Shown in pieces: positions 1 to 13,061 of a stretch of DNA of 64,000 nucleotides. The DNA comes from Octopus vulgaris (lineage: Eukaryota): NCBI GenBank assembly GCA_951406725.2, contig OX597825.1, forward strand, positions 15,252,001-15,316,000, given 5' to 3'. The notes below the pieces were generated by a model. The model ran no database searches and was not told the DNA's origin. It worked only from the letters and a program-made list of their open reading frames with translations. Numbering within the stretch: the first letter of the stretch is position 1; the number at the start of each line of letters is the position of its first letter. The position numbers and the translations under genes were made by a program.

Positions 1-32
1 ATACATCGAGTCGAGTTCGCAAATTGTTATTA

Positions 33-146
33 CCCAGAAAGGATGAGAGGCAATGCACACCTCGGCAGAATTTGAACTCACAACGTAAAGACTAGGAAAT
101 GCCGTCAAGAATATTCTCCGGCGTGCTGAGTATTCTGCTCGCCGCC
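33..146 (-). mobile_element. tRNA-derived SINE, family A, degenerate 5' part
   Basis: Reverse complement aligns with the GGCGGCGAGC...GAGTTCAAATTC..GCCGAGG...CATCCTTTC head of the copies at 31412 and 37521. Confidence 0.75.
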
Positions 147-726
147 ATTTTTGTAGTTCATAATAATTTTGATTTATACAATCCAAATTCAGATTTGCTA
201 CATGTGCTGCAGATATTGTCTAAAATATCTCATGAGTATTCAAATTAGGAAAGAAAAGAAGGTTGTCACATATACATTTCGTATATCTATCTGTCCTATA
301 GCTATCGATACTAATATATGCGCTGATATTTATAAATTTGTACGCGTGATTGCCTTCATGGGGTGGACGTCAGATTGTGTGTGAAATTGTATGTCAGTCT
401 GAGTCAATGCCTGAATATACATCTCAATTTTTGTATGTTTTTCTTTCGAGTCCAGTGAGATATTGGATTGATGACAACAGATTGACGCAACAAGATTACT
501 TGAAGGGAAATATGTGCCAGGTTCGACAAGATCTTCTATAATGATTGTAGTGACGCAGATTGGTTGCAGTCCGCAACAAAAAAACACCAAAGTAGAGGAT
601 TGTCTGTGTGTATGTCTCTAGGGATGTATACACACGATGTGCGTACACATAGGGGCACACATACGCATATACATACACATACACGCAAACGCACACACAT
701 ACACAGACAGACAGACAGACAGACAG

Positions 727-758
<32 letters not shown>

Positions 759-764
759 CCACGC

Positions 765-1080
765 GGAGGCGCAATGGCCCAGTGTTTAGGGCAGCGGACT
801 CGCGGTTGTAGGATCGCGGTTTCGATTCCCAGACCGGGCGTTGTGAATGTTTATTGAGTACTAGTGGTATAACCCGGCCTTGCTCGGGATTAAGTTGCGA
901 TTATTAAGCTAATCAAGTTCTTTATTTCAAACCAAACTAAGTAATATAGACGTCAAATTCGGGCGAAATCCGTATTAGTTATATTAGTCATTTGAAGGCT
1001 AAGCCAATGCGAAGCGCATTGTGACCAGCGATGTGTAGCAACAACTGATAGCCTGGTTAGATCACCTTGATCACGGTGAT
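765..1080 (+). mobile_element. tRNA-derived SINE, family C, interrupted at about 859-990
   Basis: GGAGGCGCAATGGCCCAGTGTTTAGG A-box and GGTTTCGATTCCC B-box; matches 31672-31800 up to TTATTGAG; 993-1080 is the presumed 3' tail. Confidence 0.75.
860..990 (-). mobile_element. Helitron-like 3' terminus fragment
   Basis: Minus strand reads CCCGAGCAAGGCCGGG hairpin, 8 nt, then CTAG|T, the canonical Helitron 3' end; the 990 boundary is approximate. Confidence 0.6.
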
Positions 1081-1183
1081 ATATATCCATATCTGTATAA
1101 ATAGGTATACGCGCGTTTATGCCTGTGCGTTTCTGTGTGTGCGTGTGTAGATGTGTATTTTATGTACATTTGTGTGTGTGTGT

Positions 1184-1284
<101 letters not shown>

Positions 1285-1287
1285 ATT

Positions 1288-1575
1288 AAATATAAGAATA
1301 CACAAGTTAGACACAGGAAACTATAAAGTATCTTAAACATATCAAATACAAAAATGTATATATATTTACATACAAAAAGGCCCGACTTGCACAGAATACA
1401 AATATTATAGACAATTAAATGGGTTGAAGAAATCCCTTTAATTCCCTATATCATTTGTATTCTGTGTAAGACGGACCTTTTCATATATAAACATAGATAC
1501 ATTTTTATTTGTATTTCATACTTTTAATATACGTAAACAGTTTCATTTGTCGAACTTGCTTATCCTTACATTTGC
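1288..1575. repeat. Diverged foldback inverted repeat (arms about 135 bp) between two (TA)n tracts
   Basis: AAAAGGCCCGACTTGCACAGAATACAAAT versus reverse complement of right arm AAAAGGTCCGTCTTACACAGAATACAAAT; centre about 1428. Confidence 0.85.
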
Positions 1576-1578
1576 TCG

Positions 1579-1638
<60 letters not shown>

Positions 1639-1663
1639 GTATGTATGTATATATATATATATG

Positions 1664-1718
<55 letters not shown>

Positions 1719-1796
1719 TTTAAATCTCTTCAGCTCTACTAAATGTATTCTATACGTAGAATATCTCATTCTCCCCTATGAACTATATATGCATAC

Positions 1797-1846
<50 letters not shown>

Positions 1847-1990
1847 TACCACGCACACACACATATACACACATACATATATACTTGTAAATGTGCGTCT
1901 ATATACAGGCATAACTACACGCGTTGTTGTGTGCGAGTGTATACATTTCATTATATGACAATATTCATAAATAAGTGCGAAGCGATAGGC

Positions 1991-2077
<87 letters not shown>

Positions 2078-2329
2078 CAGAATATTTTTCTATGTATTTC
2101 AGCAGATATCTGTAGTTAAATATATGCGCGTGTTTCTATGTAAACGTATGTTCGTTTTGTGAGTGTTAAAATCATTTTATTAGATTTTCTGACCAGATGT
2201 CTTATTAATAAAACAAAACTGTAAACAATAAAACCAAAATTTAAAGACATGGCACAACATATTTTTATACAAGAATAAGATGTCTACACACACATCCTTA
2301 CGCATATACATATACACACATAGACACAA

Positions 2330-2362
2330 TATACATGTATATATATATATACATGAATATGG

Positions 2363-2400
<38 letters not shown>

Positions 2401-2471
2401 CATACATATACATAAGATACACACATACATACATGTATATATATATAAGTGTGTATATTTATACAAATATG

Positions 2472-2512
<41 letters not shown>

Positions 2513-2670
2513 ATATATATGAATGTATATATGTATATATATTTATATGTATTTAGATACACCCTTACATATATATATATACACATTATAAACACACATA
2601 AAGGTGTACTTATATATATATATATGTGTGCGGCGCATGCGCATTTACATATATGTATATGTATATACAT

Positions 2671-2708
<38 letters not shown>

Positions 2709-2821
2709 GAATATGTATATACATATATATATATATACATATATATATAATATACATACATATACATTTCACACATACATACATGTATATATATATAAGG
2801 TTATATATTTATACAAATATG

Positions 2822-2853
<32 letters not shown>

Positions 2854-2861
2854 CAAATATG

Positions 2862-2908
<47 letters not shown>

Positions 2909-3043
2909 ATATATGAATGTATATATGTATATATATTTATATGTATTTAGATACACCCTTACATATATATATATATATATACATTATAAACACACATATT
3001 TGTGTACTTATATATATATATATATATGCGGCGCATGCGCATT
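2330..3043. repeat. Tandem duplication of a roughly 350-400 bp compound-microsatellite unit
   Basis: Anchors TTTAGATACACCCTTACAT and GCGGCGCATGCGCATT each occur twice (about 2552/2946 and 2629/3028). Confidence 0.85.
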
Positions 3044-3534
3044 CGTGTGCATCTATATGCATATAAATATATATGTTGCGTACCCATATATTTCTACGTA
3101 TATTCTAGTATATACGCGTATGTATTATACATGTTATTTTGTGTATATATATATATGTGTGTGTGTGCGTAAGTATTGAGTACTTGAATAATTACTGCAG
3201 CCATCCTAACGTACGGAATTATGTTCACAAGATAAAATGTAAATTGAATCAAGATCACTTTTGTGATGCTAATATCGAAGTGTTGCTCTAAACTATATAT
3301 ATCCTGACATTTGTATTGTTTTTGTTTTGTTTTGTTTTTTCTTTGCCATTTTCATCTCATCAAAAAAAGTTACTATTGTTATGCTAATTGTTGTCTGCAC
3401 TGCCATAAAGTATAATCTAATAATTGTGAAAAAAATAAATGCATACATAAATACACAAAGATAGGCACATACATACATACGTACATACAAACATACATTC
3501 ATACATAAATTTGTACATATATACATACATATAC

Positions 3535-3572
<38 letters not shown>

Positions 3573-3627
3573 GCACACATACACAAACGTATATACATAG
3601 GTAGATATAGATATACACAAATACATT

Positions 3628-3700
<73 letters not shown>

Positions 3701-6664
3701 TGATTGATTCATAGAAAAATTGATAGATAGATATGTTTGCGTGTATAGTTGTTAAATTATTAATGTATATGTATGTCACTAAATATTAATGTCTACTGGT
3801 GTTGTTTTCTCTACGAATTTTCATCATTATTAAGATATTTATCATTGTTATATTATTTGGGTTTGATGGTTGATGTTGTTGTTGTTATTTACTGAAGTGA
3901 ACAGACGTTTATATCCATGAAAAAGCAAATTCTCAACTTTACTTTTTATATTGCTTCAGTGCCACTAACGAAATTTCAACTTCTAATCAACTGTTTGTTG
4001 TAGATACGTATCAAGGATAATAATTCAGTGACAATTAGGGATAATACTTCGTCTTTTGACAATATTAGGCATTCGCAATATTGTCCCAAGTTGTAACACT
4101 ACCACTTTAGAAACGCTACGATAAATTTTTCTCACTGTTGTGATATCAATACTCTCATTAGCCGAAATATAAGTAAAAAAAGATTCCTAATAATCTTGAA
4201 GCGAAAAATGTAAAGTAACTAGTTTTCTTAAACAAAGGAAGAGAGGAAAGTACTGAAAAAAACACACCGATCGTAAAACTAGAATAAAACCCGAAATATA
4301 AATAATGCTGGAAGTACGAATTTTTATAAAGTTGTGCTAACAGTAACGGCAATATGAGAAAATCTAGCCTTTTTCCTTGGCTAAAAGTATAGGGTCATAG
4401 GAAGAGATTCGATTAGAACTAGATAAAAAATATATTAAATGTGTGTATTTCATATTTAAATGTGTGGAAGCTCATGAAACTCTGTGCCTTCTTGCCCTGC
4501 GAATTTGTGATATATCAAAAAAATTAAGTCTTCGATATCCCCTGCTAACGATGAATCGGGTGGTGTTTTGCGTGCTGTGTTATAAAATTATATGCTGCAA
4601 CAGTGAAGACAAGGCTCTTGGAAGCATGTGTTCCATCTTTAAAAGTCAGAATCCACAAAGAGTGTGTTCTCATGCGCAGATAGATTCTGTCATAGAAAAA
4701 TTTAAATAAACATGTGAGTTATTAACGCGCATATAAGATTGGGCTTTTTCTGCTTTGATGGAGATATATATATACTATCGGAAGCGGTGGAGGTTCATTC
4801 GACAGTGGACCGTGCAGAGATCCGACTCGCTACACATTTTGTAACGACTAAAGGGCACTTGATTCATTCTGTCTAGAAAAATGTGAAAGTCAATGACAAA
4901 AGAGAATGGCAGTTAAAAAGATAAAACGGAGACAGAAAGAAACTTCACACTATCACACGTCCCATCTTTGAGTATACTAAATATCGGAGCGAACACAAAT
5001 TCTTCATCCGCAAAGCCACCACCGGAACATTAACCGACGATGACAGGAGACATAAGGCTTCTTCGCAAGCACAGGAGTGATCAGTGTCAGCAAACAGTAT
5101 TATTATCCATTATTATGAGGTGAAAGTGAAGAGATGATGATAGGAAACGTGTAGGATACTGGTGAGAGAGAGGAATAAAAGAAACATATTAACAAAAAAC
5201 CATTACACCATCAAAAAAGATACAAAACAAAGAAAATCACTGACGTTGAAGAGCTCGTACGTCAATCGGATTTGAACTTTCAGCTTATTCAAAGGTTCAA
5301 ACTAACATATTCCAATTTTTGATTGGTTTAAGAGAATACGAATAAAATAGTGACTTAGGAAGTGATTGGAATGAATTCCGGAAGCTCCTAGTTAATGAAT
5401 GATGAATTACAGAGCGTGACGCTACTTCATGCCGTTGCGCTCTTTAGGCGAGAACTCTTACAACTTAATGGTGGGACATTTATATTATATGGTGCATGTT
5501 TGTGTGTGTGTGTGTGTGTGTAAATGAATGTGTGTGCTTTAGTGAGTGTGTGTGTATGTGAGATAGACAGGGAGAAGAGAAGAGGGGAAGAGAAGTCTAG
5601 TACTTGTGTTTATTCACCAGGTTATGTTATGCGTTTATTGATGAGATGCTGTTGCTTTTTTCCTGATCTCTGCATTGGTTGTTAGTGTTGTTTTTCTGTG
5701 GTATGGTACTTTTTTTTGTTGTACTTTCTGATAGGCAGGTGTGTTATTAATTTCTTTATGATCTATTGTTGATTTGGTGTTGAGTTCTGTTTCTTTCTTC
5801 TTTCACTGTGTCTGTGCGTATGTAATGTAGTAAATGTTGTTTTGATAAAAGCTGATTATGATCTGAATGAGGTTAGCAGTAAAATTAATTAAAGACATAT
5901 CTATTGTAAGTAGCTTTATCTCTAATGAATGGTACTTTTTCGGTTGAATGTTTTCGGTGTGTTTTGTTGTTAAAGATTTATCGGGAATTGTTTTGTGAAT
6001 AAACACATTTTTGTGTTTCTTGGCAATGTAATTTTGTTTTCTTGTTTGAAAAAATATTTGTGTAAGTGTGTGTGTATGCGTTCGTTTGAATTTCTGTAGA
6101 ATTTTTCTCTTTGACATGTTTCATAAAGAAATATCTGTTTGTGACGTACGTTTATGTAGGTGCGTTCACTTGGCTTGTGCGTATGGCTGTAATGGCTTTT
6201 GGGTATTTTACCAGAATTATTAAAATTGAAAAATAAATACGTGTGTTTCAGTTTGTAAGTTTCTTTAAAGAAAAGTGTACACGAGTGCTTATGCGTAGTT
6301 TTTAATAGTAAAAACAATTAACATATCTATTGTGGATAGAAATCGTTTTCGTGACCGAATGTTTTTGGTGTGTTTTGCTATCGAATACTCCTTATGCGCT
6401 GATGTGAATATGTAATGAACAATAATCTCCTTGTATCATCCTTTGAAGATTTTACTACAGATACCAACGTAGTTTATACCTGCTCGTCCTTTCTGTAAAA
6501 TTGTTCTCTTATATATTCACAAAGTAATTCCCAGTATACAAAAACACAACGCGCCAAAATCTCTCAGGCGTCAGAGCGCCATGATTTAGTTTAAACAAGC
6601 TAACGCCATTCATAAACTACATTTCTCGAAACAATAATGTAGAACACTGGATAAAACCACGCAC

Positions 6665-6716
<52 letters not shown>

Positions 6717-6990
6717 CACACACACACACACAAACACACTACACACACACAAATATACATACACAGATGCGAATGGATGAGAAAAAATTCCCTCCCACCG
6801 ATTCACCAAAAGATTGTAAACCAATTAGTAACGTGCCCTTCTTCCATTAATTACAAGAAATACAACAAACAGCTGATCACAATTTAGAAGGCAGAAACAA
6901 CAACTACCGATCAACAAATGCAAAGTGCCAACCACTGAACAAACTCTACTCTAGGACAAATACACAAGTCGGTTTTGAGACGTCATGATA

Positions 6991-7555
6991 TTGGGTTGTC
7001 CGGAAAGTTCGTGCCGATTTATAGAAGCTTACATTTTTACTTATTTTTGAACATGGTTGAGTCCATAAAATAGGATTTGACTACACCTCCATTTAGAAAA
7101 CAGTTGAAGCTATCTTTTCGTGGAAGAAGGTTTATGTTCCTATAACCTGTGTTCATTCTGTAACCTTTTAAAATGGAAGATAACAAAGTACACTTTTGGC
7201 ACTTGAGGATTTGGGAACCAGACAAAAGTTGCTGCAGCTCGGCTGGGATGTGTTACCCCAACCTCCATATTAACCAGATATTGCTCCTTCGAATTTCCAC
7301 TTATTCAGGTCTCTGCAGAATAGACTGATGGTAAAAATTTCAATTCCTTGGATGACGTAAAAAGATACCTTGATGAATTCTTTGCCATGAAATCACCTCA
7401 ATTCTGAGAAGAGGGTATTTTCAAGTAAAATGAAAGATGGAGATGCATTGTGCAACAAAATGGTTCATATTTGGTTGATTAAAAATGTAATGGCAAGTAT
7501 TTATTGACCTGTATCTTTCCTTTAAAACTCGGCACGAACTTTTCGGACAACCCAA
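6991..7555 (+). mobile_element. Internally deleted mariner transposon with both TIRs and TA target duplication
   Basis: TA|TTGGGTTGTCCGGAAAGTTCGTGCCGA ... TCGGCACGAACTTTTCGGACAACCCAA|TA; N-terminal MEDNKVHFWH (7173) joined to C-terminal LGWDVLPQPPY*PDIAPSNFHLFRSLQN...RWRCIVQQNGSYLVD* (YSPDLAP motif). Confidence 0.93.
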
Positions 7556-8447
7556 TATGAACCTTTCAGTTATTGTAAATGCCATTACTGATATAATTGA
7601 AGTCAGTTCTATTAATGATTAATAGGAACTAGGTTTAAGAAAGATAAACTTATTTTTTATAGAACGGTCTTAAGCACTTTAACAGCTGAAATAAAATATA
7701 GGATTTTATTTCAAATGAATTATAATACTTAAATATGTAATTATCATGGCATGGATTATGCCTATTAACGATTCTATAATTCATTATATGGGAGGAGTTT
7801 AAACATAATTAATTATAATTCCACAATAATAACTGGATTTAATTTATGTTAATTCAATGATATAATTCTGTCATTTGGCAAGTACCAATATGAACTGTCT
7901 AAAACCCTAAATAAAATTCTAATTTGAACGTAGTAAATGAAAACCTATTTGAAAAATTTCAATTGAATGCCAAGATCTTGACATTAAATTGGCATTACTG
8001 ATATCACTGATAAATGTACGCCAAGTGGAGTAAGAAAAAATACGACAGCTTATTACAAACGTGCAAGTTATTGTGGATATTTATTCCTGGTTAATTTCTT
8101 AGTAATGATGATAAGAAGGAGGAGAAAGAAAAAGAGAAGGAGTAAGTCAATGACGACGGCGTCTTCCTCCTCTTCCTCATCAACGTCATTGTCAACAATA
8201 TCGTCAACATCATCATTACAACAATCACTTATATGACAACGATGAAACGATAGTAATTATTACAGCATCTATCATTAAGAAGAGTATGGAAATTACACAA
8301 AGAAGCAAATGAAACTTTGCTAGGGGAAATACACAAGTACGCAACGTAAGTGTCTGTTTATATACGTATACACCCACCCATACGCATCACTCAATTTCTC
8401 TCTCTCTCTCTCTCTCTCTCTCCCTATATGTATAAGTGTATGTGTGC

Positions 8448-8484
<37 letters not shown>

Positions 8485-8744
8485 TATAAGTTAAGCAACT
8501 CTTCATCCTTTTGGATGGGAATGCATTTTTGTCAGTTTTTGCCCAGAAGAGATTTTTACCTATGAAATGCATAATGTAATCTTAATTACAAAATATGAAT
8601 GAAGGTAAGAAATTGGAACGTACGTAGTACGTAGGTGATATGGAAAGAGACACAGCTGCAGAAAAGTAAGCATGCCAAGAAACGAGCACTACAAAAGCCA
8701 AAGCATCTCAAAGTAATGAACAGAGGTATACACAGCTGACAAGG

Positions 8745-9120
8745 AATAGGATCGCTCATCGTGCTCCAGGGACGTTTTTCGGCTTTTGAAGAGACCATGC
8801 CACTCAAAACATTGCGAACGACCCATTACCACATCGCAGTAAGCTTGCCGAAGCAAACTTAATGTATTTGTAGTAGACTTCCCAATTCTAACACAAAATT
8901 TCACATTTATCTTTGTTTCAACTTTCTGTCCAGGACAAAATCTTAGATTACAACATACAGGCGGACACAAAAACAAAAGTTTCACAACTTGCGAACTAAA
9001 CACAAGAATGTAACTCGGCACATGGCCTCATCACTGTTAGCCCTCGTTGTGCACGCAACTGTATGCTATCATCTGTTGGCGCGCTACAGAGCTAGCCGGG
9101 AGTCTTTTGGTACCACCTGG
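8745..9120 (-). mobile_element. Mariner 5' end with transposase N-terminal (HTH) remnant
   Basis: ETKINVKFCVRIGKSTTNTLSLLRQAYCDVVMGRSQCFEWHGLFKSRKTSLEHDERS; TIR-like TA|CCAGGTGGTACCAAAAGACTCCCGG. Confidence 0.85.
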
Positions 9121-9569
9121 TATATATATATATATGTATGTATGTATGTATATGTATATAGCAAATTATTTTATTTGCGAAATAAAATTTGTAAAAATAT
9201 AACAAGGTAAAATATTTTATTTTTCATTCCCTTCGAAATTGCACTTAAATGTGGTTTTGCTATGCTTTTTCTAGCGTGTAAAGCTACCTGTTAAAGGTAG
9301 ATTCTCTTGTGTTTCAATGTACACTATTATATATTTATATACCCACACATACAGCCATACAAACATATGTCCATATACGAGTAATGACCCCCTTCCGTTA
9401 TGAATGTCCATAAGATTGCACATAGACATTTCCGGTCCAAGGCACAATTCCAAGCAGGTTGTCTTGGGAAGGACCACCTGCCGTCTATACATACTAGTCT
9501 CCCCTTTCCACCCCAATATTGTCGAATGGAAATGCCAAAGGATGATACTGCTTGATGTAAGTGACTTTG

Positions 9570-9705
9570 CAACTCATTTCTACAGCGGCGTGAACTGGCG
9601 CTATAAGAAATAGTGTATTGCTCAATAAAAGACACAACATACAGCCCGGTCTCGAAATCGGACTCACAACCTCGCTTGTGCAGATCCGATGCTCTAATCA
9701 CTAAG
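9570..9705 (-). mobile_element. Degenerate tRNA-derived SINE head
   Basis: Loose similarity to the heads at 39737 and 46530 (TTGAGCAA...CACT segment). Confidence 0.45.
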
Positions 9706-9728
9706 AATGCACCTTCAATCTCTCTCTA

Positions 9729-9780
<52 letters not shown>

Positions 9781-10884
9781 AATGTGTGTGTGAGTGTGTG
9801 TGTGTGTATGAAATATTTCCTTTTCAAAATTTGATTTCACTACGACTAGCTTTCACACAAGGTTATAAGTCTTAACAATCTTGGTGCAGTTTCTAATAAA
9901 ACTTATGTCAGCATAGAATAATCTTTGAAAAATATATGTATATTACTTATGGTAATGACAAACTTCACAACGATAACTTTTTAGCCAATAGTCAGCTGTC
10001 AGCGGAGGTCAGACGTACGTTCTCATGCTCTGACAAATATTATAGAGAAAGAACGAGATTTCGATTTATATTTCTATGAAAAATATACTCATTTAAAACG
10101 TTGAGTAACTGGATTTTTTTTTTTAAGTTCATACTCTCTTGGCATCTAAAAGTATTCTAGATATTTGGCTCTTGACATCATTTTCCTTTTCTAGAATCTT
10201 CTTGAAGTAGACGGTTTTATGTTTATTCCGTCTGCTTTCCAGATAATGTCTTCCGAACTTCGAGTCATTCTTAGCACTTTAATGCTTTACCGGTTTTATT
10301 ATTTTAACGAACGGTATTCTTAGTCTTTATTGTCCTCATGTTTGTCCATGAGTTGTGAAGAAATCTACGACAGCATGTATATTCAATTGAACTGAACGTA
10401 ATAAATGGTTGGAATTAAATTTATCGAAGCTAGATCAATGGAAATTTACGTCATCACTAGATGGATATAAAATGAGAATACGGAGAAATATGTGGTTTAT
10501 ACGTACATCACTTTTAAATCACTTCACAGCGAACTTGTAAACTGCACATCCACACATTAAAACCTGTTCTATTTATCCGAGTTGATTGTTAATTTATGCA
10601 TAAATTTTATTTGGCAATATAACTTAAGAGTCACCAACTTGCTGGAAATGTGTTGCATAATAGTATTTCCATTTTTCCTATTACATTTGATAAATTTCAT
10701 CGTTTCTAGCAAGAGAAATATGAAAACAATATGTACAAATAAAAACAAACCTGAACACATAGCACAAGACCGTTTTCAACAATTCTACAAATGCCGCATC
10801 TCTTACAATGAAATGCAAAGATACCTTTGTCTGGTTTTGAACTCACAGGGCACAGATTCGCAAGAATTATTCCAGAGAAGCGGC

Positions 10885-11245
10885 AAAGTCGATTGCATCA
10901 TCCTCAGTGTTAAACTGCTGCTTATTTTGTCGACCCCCAAAAGGATAAAAGGCAAAGTTGACCGGCGATATTCGAACTCAGAGCAGGACTGACAAAAATG
11001 CTAAGCATTTTGGCCGGCGTGCTAACGGTTCTACCAGCTTGCCTTAAAGTTGCGAGAAATATTGGCTTCGTTTCAAATTTTGGCACAAAACGAGTAAGGG
11101 TGGTATGTATGTGGTGGGGTAAGTCTATTACATCGACTCCACTGCTCAACTGCTCGTAATATTATTGACCCAAAAAGAATGAAAGGCGAAATTGACCTCG
11201 TCGGAATTTGAACTCAGAACGTAAAGACGGACGCAATGTCAGTTC
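10885..11245 (-). mobile_element. Two adjacent degenerate family A SINE copies
   Basis: TCGACCCC.AAAGGAT.AAAGGCAAAGT and GGAATTTGAACTCAGAACGTAAAGAC motifs occur twice. Confidence 0.8.
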
Positions 11246-12231
11246 GCCGTCCTAAAACAGCATGGCAAACCTTCCCATCCTGTGCTCCAGATGATTCTAA
11301 TTTGCGACTTTTGTTATAAGTTGTAAATTTCATACATTTTGCAAATGCATTCATTGCATCCATAAACTGAAATATGTACTGTTTACTCTGGGTCACTCGC
11401 TGCCTTATAATAGATGAACAAAGAATGTGTTAGTGTTAAATTATAACCGATTGGATCGATTTAATTAATGTATGGAACTTGTTGAAGACAATGTCGACCT
11501 GGGCACACTTCAATCAAACATTAAGGTGCATACATAAATCTTCTTTTTACTATTTCAACCAATTACTTTTCTTATGTTATGATAGATATGAAATCTAGTT
11601 TTCGTCGTAGTATCTCACCAATAAAATGTAAATTAAAATATCGAGATATCATTTAATTGTCCGATTATTCTGACGGTGGTGATAATTAGATTTGGGGTGG
11701 TAGGGATAACGGTGGAGGGAAGAATTTGTTAAAGGGGGAAATATTTCTTGGTTTATAAAAGACTTCAGAAATGAACTGTAAGTTCATTGAATGTGCGTTC
11801 TTCCCCCACACTAGACACGTCGTTGTCTTTCTCCACACACTAATTTACATTCTCTGGGAGTTATCAAAAATCTCATCTTTGGTAATGAGATATTTATTTC
11901 TAATTCATTAGACGCATCAATAATTGGTAATATTAAGAACTAGCTTAAAAGGCTAAACGTCAGAGAATAAAATTAGCATCATTATATGCCATCTTATTCT
12001 AAAATTAGATAACACAAACACAAACCTGGTCTCGTATTTGTAAATAAATCAATAAAATTAGTATTAATAGTATTAATCCGTTAAATTATGTTGGACAATA
12101 TAAACTTTAATCTTCAAAACTAATCTTGAGCCATCTCCAACAATAAAAAATTTACACGAGCAAACATATGTATAGATATATATATGTTTGTGTGTGTATG
12201 TATGCATGTCTATTCATACATACATACATAC

Positions 12232-12281
<50 letters not shown>

Positions 12282-12282
12282 A

Positions 12283-12397
12283 GCGTTCAGTCAGTCCTAT
12301 TGCGAGTTACCTTGGACAAATGTCTTCTACTATAGCACCGTAGGACCAATTTCTTGCAAATGAGTTTGATAGAAGACATCTGTGTGGAACCTGTCAT
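12283..12397 (+). mobile_element. Family B (CORE-like) SINE fragment
   Basis: ACCTTGGACAAATGTCTTCTACTATAGC matches family B. Confidence 0.6.
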
Positions 12398-12641
12398 TTA
12401 TTTATCTTATTGTTGTTTTTTGTTTTTGCGAAGGCAGTAGTCACCAAGCGACCTACGGCCCTGGATTTCTGTACCTGACGTAACATTTTAAATGACTACT
12501 GGATAAGTCCCATGAACGAAACCGTTGGACATCGATCGAAATCGTAAATGTTAACGATTTGTAGTGATAATATCATTCTACAATTGATACAAGACCTGAA
12601 AATTTTGTCGAAGAGTCAGTCAATTATATCGACTGGTACTC

Positions 12642-12679
<38 letters not shown>

Positions 12680-12749
12680 ATGTGTGTGTGCGTGTGTGTG
12701 TGTGTGTGCGTGTGTTTGTGTGTGTGTGTGTGTTAATATATTACGGATA

Positions 12750-12810
12750 TGTGGGGCGGAATCTGTGCTGTTGTACGGGTCTCAGACTTGGACACTGACC
12801 CAAAAACAAT
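12750..12810 (+). mobile_element. Short RTE-type LINE ORF remnant
   Basis: AESVLLYGSQTWTLTQK is homologous to VEPILLYGSETWTLSKK at about 35505. Confidence 0.65.
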
Positions 12811-13014
12811 TCCGATGGCTCGCTCGCCAACCCAGCGAGTTAGCTTCATTCGAAAGTTAAAACATTTCAAAGTGCATTGTCGCCAACCTTGTATAACAGC
12901 AAACCATACTCTGGTCGATCACGTTTTTAAGTGTTATATTTATGCACATACTCTGACATACACACACAGAGACGCATAAATATATATATTTTTATTTATT
13001 TATTTATTTACATA

Positions 13015-13061
<47 letters not shown>

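Noticed and set aside
12495-12535. Hammerhead (CGAAACCGTT)
   Set aside because: No recognisable core or stem I
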